From Christensenellaceae bacterium (GTDB lineage Bacteria > Bacillota > Clostridia > Christensenellales > UBA1242), in NCBI GenBank assembly GCA_031260975.1, contig JAISKJ010000003.1, forward strand, positions 629,109 to 661,108: a DNA stretch of 32,000 bases. Direction: 5' to 3'. Positions 25,086 through 32,000 of this stretch are shown here, piece by piece. A model generated the notes under the pieces. That model was not told where the DNA came from. It made no database searches and saw only the letters and a list, made by a program, of their open reading frames with translations. Each line of letters starts with the position of its first letter. Position 1 is the first letter of the stretch. The position numbers were made by a program, and so were the translations under genes.

Positions 25086-26606
25086 ATGGGAAACAAAAAA
25101 GTTGAAAATGGCTTTGAAAAATTACAAAGACAAATTGAAAAAAAGAACTCGCGTGTGGTGCTTGGAATAGATCCAACGGATGAAGAGTGGGATAAAGCAT
25201 ACAACTCTCCGTTTACAATAGATTATTTCAAAAAACTTATAAACGAAGCTGCACCTTATGTGGTCGGCATCAAACCCAATCTTGCTTTCTTTGAACGCAG
25301 TGAATATAGACGCGGCATTATGGCGCAAATTATGAAATATGCAGGTGAAAAAGGATTGGTTAAAATAATGGACGCAAAGCGCGGCGACATTACGGATACA
25401 CAAACACAAATGTCAGAAGCGGATATGATAAACTTTAATCCGGATATTGTCACATTACATTCATATTCCGGAAGTGACGCAGTAAAACCGTATTTAGATG
25501 TTAATCCAAATCTTTGCATATATATCATGGCTGCAATGTCAAATCCAAGCGCACAAATACAAAATCTTACAGCAAACGGCCTGAAAGTAGCTCAGCATGT
25601 TGCCGTTGACGCAGGCAGGTGGGGTCAGGGCCGTGTTGGTTTGGTTGTAGGAGCCACACAAGGTGAAGCACTAAAGCATATCCGTATGGCAGAAAAAGAA
25701 TATGGGCTGAATCCTGCACCTGTGCTGGCGCCGGGCCTCGGCAAACAAGGCGGAACACCCTTTGCAGACAGAAATTCAGTCTTCCCTATTTCATCAGGAC
25801 TGACAAAAGAAAAATATCTTAATGGTATGACCACAGGTGAAGCTGCAAAATATTGGCGTGACGTAATAAACACAGAAATTAAAAAGGCACAAGAACCGCA
25901 AAGCCTGAGAGAATATGCAGTAAATAGTCTAATCGAAGGCGGCTTTGTTAAAACAGCAAAATCTCCCGACCTTATTAAAGACGGTTTCTTTTTAAAGAAA
26001 GGCAAAACAAAACTTACCACCGCAGGAATTGTTCTGACAGGCAGCCCAGACGAAAAAGTTGAACAGCTTCGCTCTCTTGTTGGTAACGGCACTCTTTCTC
26101 AAGACGATTTTGCCGCTTTGTTTGTAAATCTGCGTGACATTATGGGTATGACAAATATAGAAGCTCGGGACACCATCGGTCACCTTTACACCAAATTAGT
26201 TAAGGACAGCGGTGTTAAACCGGAGCTCGTAGGCGGCGTTCCTTATGGTGCAATATTTCCCGCTATGCAAGTTGCACAAAATCTTAAGGTTCCTTTTATA
26301 ACTGAGCGAAAGGAAGCTGACATGGTGCATGACAGAATTGTAGGCGGAAAACATGACGGAAAACAAGGCATAATTGTTGAAGATGTCCTTACATCCGGCG
26401 GCTCATCCATCGAATTTGCAAAAAGTCTGCGTGCAAACGGAATTGAAGTAAACGATGTATATGCTTTCTTAGACAGGCAGCAAGGCGCAGAAGAAAATCT
26501 TGAAAAAGCAGACCTTACACTACATGCAGTTACAGATATGGACTCTCTAAAAAAGACGATGAAGAAAAATCCAAATGTTGCAAGCAGTGTAATTGATTTA
26601 ATATAA
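25086..26606 (+). CDS. pyrF-pyrE: bifunctional orotidine-5'-phosphate decarboxylase (type 2) / orotate phosphoribosyltransferase fusion
   Basis: I prefer the ATG at 25086 (AAAGGAAAGAG RBS). The N-terminal half has VVLGIDP...GIKPNLAFFE...MDAKRGDITDT (type-2 OMP decarboxylase motifs). The C-terminal half has GVPYGAI...GIIVEDVLTSGGS (PRPP-binding loop of OPRTase). Confidence 0.85.
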   Translation: MGNKKVENGFEKLQRQIEKKNSRVVLGIDPTDEEWDKAYNSPFTIDYFKKLINEAAPYVVGIKPNLAFFERSEYRRGIMAQIMKYAGEKGLVKIMDAKRGDITDTQTQMSEADMINFNPDIVTLHSYSGSDAVKPYLDVNPNLCIYIMAAMSNPSAQIQNLTANGLKVAQHVAVDAGRWGQGRVGLVVGATQGEALKHIRMAEKEYGLNPAPVLAPGLGKQGGTPFADRNSVFPISSGLTKEKYLNGMTTGEAAKYWRDVINTEIKKAQEPQSLREYAVNSLIEGGFVKTAKSPDLIKDGFFLKKGKTKLTTAGIVLTGSPDEKVEQLRSLVGNGTLSQDDFAALFVNLRDIMGMTNIEARDTIGHLYTKLVKDSGVKPELVGGVPYGAIFPAMQVAQNLKVPFITERKEADMVHDRIVGGKHDGKQGIIVEDVLTSGGSSIEFAKSLRANGIEVNDVYAFLDRQQGAEENLEKADLTLHAVTDMDSLKKTMKKNPNVASSVIDLI

Positions 26607-26611
26607 ATAAA

Positions 26612-26638
26612 AAAACACCGGAAATCCGGTGCTTTTTT
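26612..26638. terminator. bidirectional terminator between convergent genes
   Basis: CACCGG, loop AAAT, CCGGTG, flanked by an A-run and a T-run. Confidence 0.75.
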
Positions 26639-26683
26639 AATGCAATACCGCCCATATTCTTCCATCTTTGAGGTTGTGTTATA

Positions 26684-27091
26684 TTATCCCCCACCTCTGC
26701 ATTTTTTTATTACCAGCTCTTTAAAACCCGTATCCTTATCAAAAGCTCTGTCAAATTCAAAGCTTTCAAGCTCGATTATTACAACCTCAGCTGTGGTATT
26801 TATTGTGCAACCTTCTTTAAGATGTCCGCCAAAAATATTTAGTGCTATGTCCGACACCGAGATATGTAAATGACACCCGTTTTTTGAAACAGTGCCATTA
26901 AGCGAAATAATCTCAAGCGGCTCGGTTTTTTTAATTACCGTTTTGCCGTCAGCCGACCTGATTGTGCAGACACTCAGGCACCCAACCGAACAAACAACAA
27001 TACCCGCTTCAATCTCATGAGACCCTGCATACTCTTCAATTTTAATTTTAAGGTCATCTCCCCTTGCAAGCCTGAATACATGCTCTTTCAT
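26684..27091 (-). CDS. PPC/DUF296 domain protein
   Basis: 135 aa. The pattern FRLARGDDL...EAGIVVCSVGCLS...LEIISLNGTVS...HLHISV...GGHL is typical of DUF296 (PPC) proteins as I recall them. Its ATG overlaps the stop of ogt (TAATG). Confidence 0.7.
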   Translation of the reverse strand: MKEHVFRLARGDDLKIKIEEYAGSHEIEAGIVVCSVGCLSVCTIRSADGKTVIKKTEPLEIISLNGTVSKNGCHLHISVSDIALNIFGGHLKEGCTINTTAEVVIIELESFEFDRAFDKDTGFKELVIKKCRGGG

Positions 27092-27549
27092 TAATCTATC
27101 CCCTTTTCAAGCTGCAATAGTTTTTCCTTAATTTTGAGGCCGCCCGCATATCCGGTAAGTGACCCGTCAGAACCGATTACGCGATGGCAAGGTATAATAA
27201 TTGAAATTGGATTTTTATTATTCGCGCCTCCCACAGCACGCACAGCTTTAGGGCTTCCTATCGCTGAGGCAATCTGACTGTATGTCATTGTCTTTCCATA
27301 CGGAATTTTTTGAAGCTCTGTCCATACCCTTTTTTGAAACGAAGTACCTTCGAGACTTATGGGCAAGTCAAAGTCTTTGCGTTTTCCGTCCAAATACTCT
27401 TCAATTTGTATAGCGGCCTTATCAATAAGCGAAGTACGTTTTAACTCACCCTCTTTACTTAATCCAAAATAAAGAGCTGTAATGGCACCTTTACATTCTG
27501 ATATAGTAATTTTGCCAAGTACAGTTTCATATGTATAACTGTTCTTCAT
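27091..27549 (-). CDS. ogt: methylated-DNA--protein-cysteine methyltransferase
   Basis: Active-site motif IPCHRVIGSDGSLTGYAGG and an upstream helix-turn-helix (YGKTMTYSQIA). Confidence 0.9.
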   Translation of the reverse strand: MKNSYTYETVLGKITISECKGAITALYFGLSKEGELKRTSLIDKAAIQIEEYLDGKRKDFDLPISLEGTSFQKRVWTELQKIPYGKTMTYSQIASAIGSPKAVRAVGGANNKNPISIIIPCHRVIGSDGSLTGYAGGLKIKEKLLQLEKGID

Positions 27550-27612
27550 TTATACCTCACAAAAATTTAAATTTTTAAAACCTCGTTCTGATTTTAAAAA
27601 TATTAACCTTTT

Positions 27613-28467
27613 TTACACCCTCTCAAACAAGGGCGAAATAAGCTGTTTTATCTGCTCAAGCTCTTTTTCATCAAAAATGCTTTTTGAAAGCTTTCGAAAA
27701 CGGGGCTTACCCCAAATTCCTACGCATCTGGGACCAACAAGCCTGTTTTCAGGCACAGGCTTTAGCGCTGCCGTGGTTACACTAAGAGAGCCGGTCTCCG
27801 CGCTGTGCAAAAACAGTTTTGACATCTTTTTTGAAAAATCGCTGACTTTACCGTTAATATCACTTGCTACACAGCCGGGATGGGCGATTGCATACTCAAC
27901 ATTTGGATAAGCCGGCAAAAAGTCCTTTTTCAGCGTAACTATAGCTAGGCTCAACAGCTTCTTTGAGTTGGCATAGGCCTTTAATTTTTTCTCCACCTTA
28001 GCGCTCTCAGCGTCGGTCCAATCAATTTTACTAAATCTATATGAAAACGAGCTCTGAAAAGCTACCTTAGAACCCTGATTTTTGTTGAGCAACGGAGTAA
28101 GCTTAATGGTTAAATAAACCGTACCCCAAAAATTGACCTGATAGGCCCGCTTGCCAATAACTCCGGCGTTGTTTATTAAAAAGTTTATGTTCTTATCTTT
28201 AATCTCCTCGGCAAACTTATCTATCGAAGCGGTGTCGCACAAATCAATTGGATATACACTAATCCTGCTCCCGTCAAATTTAGAGGATAACTCCTCTTTC
28301 AAGGCCTCACCCTCTCCGGGCAGCGCCGGCAAAATAACCTCAGCCCCCATCAGCAAAAAGTTTGTAACAATATGCTTTCCGATGGCACCTGACGCCCCGG
28401 TAATCACAGCTGTTTTTCCTTTAAGGCTACCAAACCTCAAAAGATATTTCTGATTTTTAAATTTCAT
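27613..28467 (-). CDS. SDR-family oxidoreductase
   Basis: Rossmann motif TGASGAIGK, NNAG and the catalytic YANSK. Confidence 0.85.
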   Translation of the reverse strand: MKFKNQKYLLRFGSLKGKTAVITGASGAIGKHIVTNFLLMGAEVILPALPGEGEALKEELSSKFDGSRISVYPIDLCDTASIDKFAEEIKDKNINFLINNAGVIGKRAYQVNFWGTVYLTIKLTPLLNKNQGSKVAFQSSFSYRFSKIDWTDAESAKVEKKLKAYANSKKLLSLAIVTLKKDFLPAYPNVEYAIAHPGCVASDINGKVSDFSKKMSKLFLHSAETGSLSVTTAALKPVPENRLVGPRCVGIWGKPRFRKLSKSIFDEKELEQIKQLISPLFERV

Positions 28468-28774
28468 GTTTACTCCTTTGTTTTAAAAAAACTCTTCATT
28501 AGTATGTACGTTTTATGCTTAATATTGTAATATGTTTATTATTGTTCTCTGCTTATTTTCCCAAATCCATGCAAAATAAATTTGTTTATAAACTTATAAT
28601 AACATAAAGCAAAGGAATAGTTAAGCAAAACACTTATCTTTTTTGCTCAATAAAAAATCCGACGGATAAATACCACCGGAAAATTGGAGCACAACCTTGT
28701 AACAAAATTGGACGGGTAGTCGTTACAAAATCTTGGTGTGGTATTATTGCAGCATTTTAATTTGGCTTTGCAAA

Positions 28775-28799
28775 TAAAAAAACAGCGAGTTAATCGTTG
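28775..28799 (-). terminator. weak candidate terminator after the PHP-ATPase gene
   Basis: On the minus strand, CAACGA, loop TTAAC, TCGCTG (one mismatch), followed by TTTTTTTT. Confidence 0.3.
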
Positions 28800-28811
28800 G
28801 ACTTTTGTTAT

Positions 28812-31619
28812 CTATTGATTTTTGACATACTTATTATTTCGTATATCAAAGGCTTCTTTGCCACCTTCCAATATACCACACGCTTGTTGCTGGATACCAG
28901 TTTGATTTAATGTTCCTTTAATTGTTGTTCGTTTATCGTCGTATCGTGGTTCGTTATTTTCAATCGCACCAGAGCGATATTCAAATGTTTTTAGATTATT
29001 AGGTGCGTCTACACCTTGATGATTTGCAATTATTATTTCTTCCGCATCGCAACCAATAGATATATTTGCATTATGAGTGATGAGAATAATTTGCCGTTGT
29101 TTTTTCTTATCTTTTATGAATTGAACCAAGTCATTGAATATTGACTTATTGTCAAGGTCATCTTCGGGTTGGTCTATCAAAATAGGGTTTGTGCTATCAT
29201 CTAATTCAATAAGCAATTTTAATAATAACAATGCTTTTTTACCTGGCGACATTTGATTTATTAAATCAGTATCACCAAGTGTTGCCCCATATGATATGTT
29301 AAAATAATCATCTAATACAACTTTCAAACCGTCTTCAACAGTATGCCCCGATTTTAAGGCTTTGTTACTTTTCAATAATGCAATAATAAATTCTTTCTTA
29401 TTGCCGTCATCAAAGTCAAAATTGGGGTTTAAAGAGTCATTTCTTATTATCTCTTCATCAATATTTTGTTGTTTTAGAAATGCTTTAATAAAAATTTCGC
29501 CAAATTTTATACAAAACTGTTCTGTTTTGTAGAAAACATTTGCATAAAACGACTTATTCGTATCTGTAAATATCTTCCCAAGTTTTGAAGCATATGTTTC
29601 GTTTTCAATCTTATATGCCCCCGACGATGAAATGAGTTTGTCAATCAACATATTCTTTTCATCATTTACAGTCTTCTGTTGTTTTAGTAATTCCTTAACT
29701 TTATTTAGTTTTTTTGTTTCGGTGTCTATTTGTTCAGTTAATTTCTTAATGGTTTCAGTAATTTCAATTTTAGGTGCTAATTCAGTTACACTCGTGCTTA
29801 ATTTAGTTTTTTCACTTAATTTTGTTTGAATATTAGTATTTATCTCGCTTAATATTTCTTGCTTTTTTATTTCCCATTTTTTGTCAACTTCTTTAATTTC
29901 AGCATTTGCTTCATCGTCCATTGAAGTCTTATATTTTGTTAGAAGATTTGATGGCAAGTATCCCTTTTGTAATAATGATTTAATACTTTCAATAGCGGTT
30001 TTATTATTATTTAATTCGTTCAATTCGTTTTCAAGAGTTAGCAACTTACTCTTATTCTCGGCAAAGTTTTTTATATCATCAACGGAGCAATTATTCTTTT
30101 GTGCAATCTCATCTCTTTGCGTCGTTAGTTTTTTAATTTGCTTTGTAATGGCATCTTCGTTCCCCAACTCTTCAATTTGTTGTTGTAAATCAGTAACAGT
30201 TTCTTCTTTGGATATTAAATCAGCAATATATCTATTTAGATTGTTTTTAATTTCACGCAACTTTTCTTTCAAATTGTCGCTTAGCCTTTTTATGTTTTCA
30301 TCACGCAAAATAATATTTTCAATAAGGTCATCAATTTCAGTTTTATTTTCTTGGTCATCTGTAAGCCTATTTAGATAAGTTTGCGGAATATATGTTATTT
30401 TTCGTTGTTTGTTCGGGATGTTATCATCTTTCCAATAGACAGAAAGTCCTTGAATTATATATGGTTTTGCTTTTGAAATTGTTTCATTTTTTTCATCAAT
30501 CTGTTTAGCGTCAATGTTGCGAGCAATGGCTCTTAAAAGGATTGACTTCCCAGAAGCACGACCACCAATAATGCAAGTTAAATTTTGATTAAAAACTATT
30601 TCTTCTTGTTGAAAATCGGGGTTATTGATAATTACTTTATCTATAAGTTGATAATCATTCTTTTGTTCAGGACGGTTTTCGCAAATACGCACTCTATCTT
30701 TTGGCTCATACATAACTTGTTTTAAGCCATTAAAAGTTGGGTCGGCTTTTATCCAACAATATCTCTTGGTATGGTTGCCCGTGCTGTCAAGTGGTTCAAA
30801 TATCGCATTATTGCTGTGTGCGTCGCAACCGTGCAAACAAGGTTTAAGAGAACCGCATTCGGTTAGGACGGTTTCTTTACTTACTTTTTCTTTTTCGCCT
30901 AAATAGTATTTGATAGAGCCGTCATCACTTGCCAATATAATATCAGCAAATTTTTTAAGTTCAACAGAAAGCGTAATAAGACGAGAAGCACTATTTTGTT
31001 TACTTCCATTTCCTATGGTTGAAATGCCAGCATTTGTTCCATTATCAATAGCAATAAGCGTGTTTTCTCGCAGTTCCTTATCTTTAAATAATTCAATTAG
31101 CGCCTCTGGCGTGATGATAAAATTTTCTATTCCTTTAACATATGCTTGATTATCAGTCAAACTTTTATCACTTTCTTTACCAAGAGAAATTAAATCTGCT
31201 TTACTACAAGATAGATTTCCTTTACCATTCGTGCGTGTCCAAATAAGTTTTGCAAAAAATTTGTTTTCTATTTTGTTAGCAAAAGCAGGATTAAATAAGC
31301 AATGAATGTTTATTGGTTCTTTACCTGTTGGGAACATTCTTAGTTCAATATTTGGAAATATAAATGGTATTTTATCATTCAATCTTGCGTCCCTTATAAC
31401 TTTGTTATAGTTATCAATAGAAAAGTAATCAGTTATGCCTAATCCTGCTATTGCTTTTTGTGGGTCTTTTCCGTCACCAATATAGGTTAAAATATCACTA
31501 TAAAATTTATCCCATTTTTCGATGGGGCTTTGTCCTTCAAAATTATCATTCATTTTGGTTTCAGGCGTGTGAATGTGAATATCCCAACGACGCCATTCAC
31601 TTCCTCTTGTGTATTCCAT
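28812..31619 (-). CDS. PHP-domain phosphoesterase fused to an SMC/Rad50-like ABC ATPase with a coiled-coil insert (Ppl-like defence candidate)
   Basis: The N-terminus has WDIHIHTP and later HGCDAHS (PHP metal-binding His motifs). Walker A IIGGRASGKS is at about aa 350. A Lys/Glu/Leu/Asn-rich coiled-coil region of about 250 aa follows. The C-terminus has MSPGKKALLLL (signature-like), Walker B ILIDQPEDDLD and ILITHN. Confidence 0.8.
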   Translation of the reverse strand: MEYTRGSEWRRWDIHIHTPETKMNDNFEGQSPIEKWDKFYSDILTYIGDGKDPQKAIAGLGITDYFSIDNYNKVIRDARLNDKIPFIFPNIELRMFPTGKEPINIHCLFNPAFANKIENKFFAKLIWTRTNGKGNLSCSKADLISLGKESDKSLTDNQAYVKGIENFIITPEALIELFKDKELRENTLIAIDNGTNAGISTIGNGSKQNSASRLITLSVELKKFADIILASDDGSIKYYLGEKEKVSKETVLTECGSLKPCLHGCDAHSNNAIFEPLDSTGNHTKRYCWIKADPTFNGLKQVMYEPKDRVRICENRPEQKNDYQLIDKVIINNPDFQQEEIVFNQNLTCIIGGRASGKSILLRAIARNIDAKQIDEKNETISKAKPYIIQGLSVYWKDDNIPNKQRKITYIPQTYLNRLTDDQENKTEIDDLIENIILRDENIKRLSDNLKEKLREIKNNLNRYIADLISKEETVTDLQQQIEELGNEDAITKQIKKLTTQRDEIAQKNNCSVDDIKNFAENKSKLLTLENELNELNNNKTAIESIKSLLQKGYLPSNLLTKYKTSMDDEANAEIKEVDKKWEIKKQEILSEINTNIQTKLSEKTKLSTSVTELAPKIEITETIKKLTEQIDTETKKLNKVKELLKQQKTVNDEKNMLIDKLISSSGAYKIENETYASKLGKIFTDTNKSFYANVFYKTEQFCIKFGEIFIKAFLKQQNIDEEIIRNDSLNPNFDFDDGNKKEFIIALLKSNKALKSGHTVEDGLKVVLDDYFNISYGATLGDTDLINQMSPGKKALLLLKLLIELDDSTNPILIDQPEDDLDNKSIFNDLVQFIKDKKKQRQIILITHNANISIGCDAEEIIIANHQGVDAPNNLKTFEYRSGAIENNEPRYDDKRTTIKGTLNQTGIQQQACGILEGGKEAFDIRNNKYVKNQ

Positions 31620-31630
31620 AGTTTTTTCCT

Positions 31631-32000
31631 TTATTTTTTAACTTTCCAATAGCCATTTTTATCACTGCCAATTCTTTCTACTTCGCCGTTGTCTTTTAAT
31701 GTTTTCAAATATCGTTTAACAGTTCGCAAGCCCATTGACAGCGTTGTTGCTATTATGCCAGCCGTAATGTTCGCATTGCCACGAATAACGGCTTTTATCT
31801 TTTCTTCGGCAGTCAGTTTTACAGTGCCATTTACAGTGCCAACTGTATCATTTACAGTGCCAATTAGTAAATCTTTATTATGCAGTTCGTTTTTGCCGTC
31901 AAACAATAAATTATCAAAAAATCTATTTAGATATTCTTGTGTTGCATAAACATTTTTCACAAAGTTTGTGTAATTTGCACGCACAAGGGCGTTCCTAAAA
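31631..32000 (-). CDS. C-terminal part of an AlbA_2/HATPase_c_4-type putative regulator with a C-terminal winged helix; the gene runs off the right window edge
   Basis: The frame stays open to position 32000 (...FRNALVRANYTNF...), so the GTG at 31984 is not the true start. GTVNDTVGTVNGTV precedes ...ITAGIIATTLSMGLRTVKRYLKTLKDNGEVERIGSDKNGYWKV, a typical C-terminus for this family. The stop is 11 nt before the PHP-ATPase ATG. Confidence 0.7.
   Translation of the reverse strand, partial: FRNALVRANYTNFVKNVYATQEYLNRFFDNLLFDGKNELHNKDLLIGTVNDTVGTVNGTVKLTAEEKIKAVIRGNANITAGIIATTLSMGLRTVKRYLKTLKDNGEVERIGSDKNGYWKVKK

Noticed and set aside
31800-31870. A tandem DNA repeat (ACAGTGCC units), considered as a possible repeat array or regulatory repeat.
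   Set aside because: It is in frame and encodes the GTVN(D/G)TV peptide repeat that commonly precedes the wHTH in this protein family. There is no spacer-repeat organisation.
1-32000. CRISPR arrays, rRNA genes, transposases, integrases and prophage structural genes.
   Set aside because: I scanned the intergenic regions and the ORF track. There are no regularly spaced direct repeats, no rRNA-like sequence, and no ORF with DDE, tyrosine-recombinase or serine-recombinase motifs.

Overview
This looks like a chromosomal window from a Firmicutes (Clostridia-like) genome. That call rests on gene content (uvrB, hflX, engB, clpX, clpP, tig, rluD, lspA, sepF, rpiA), GGAGG-type ribosome binding sites (RBSs) and TRTG-extended -10 promoters. 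Most genes are on the minus strand. Three accessory segments interrupt the housekeeping backbone.
(1) 2.0-6.3 kb holds a 1223-aa surface protein with many Ig-like repeats and a tiny Cys/Gly-rich peptide.
(2) 17.0-23.1 kb is the main result, a complete diversity-generating retroelement (DGR: avd, template repeat, reverse transcriptase). Its 122-nt template repeat (TR) matches a variable repeat (VR) at the 5' end (codons 47-88) of the next gene downstream. That gene encodes a 637-aa apparently cytoplasmic MoxR/AAA_5-like ATPase. It is translationally coupled to a small degenerate AAA-like ORF and followed by a VWA plus HExxH metallopeptidase protein. TR and VR differ at 12 positions, 11 of them at template adenines. 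I am not aware of a described DGR-AAA+-VWA/peptidase module with an N-terminal VR.
(3) 28.5-32 kb is visibly AT-rich. It encodes a 935-aa fusion of a PHP phosphoesterase with a Rad50/SbcC-like ABC ATPase (a Ppl-like defence candidate), downstream of a truncated wHTH regulator-like gene.
The window also contains three tRNAs (Arg-TCT, Leu-CAA, His-GTG), a PyrF-PyrE fusion gene and several unexplained structured intergenic palindromes. I saw no CRISPR array, rRNA, transposase or integrase. All family assignments come from reading motifs by eye; no database search was run.
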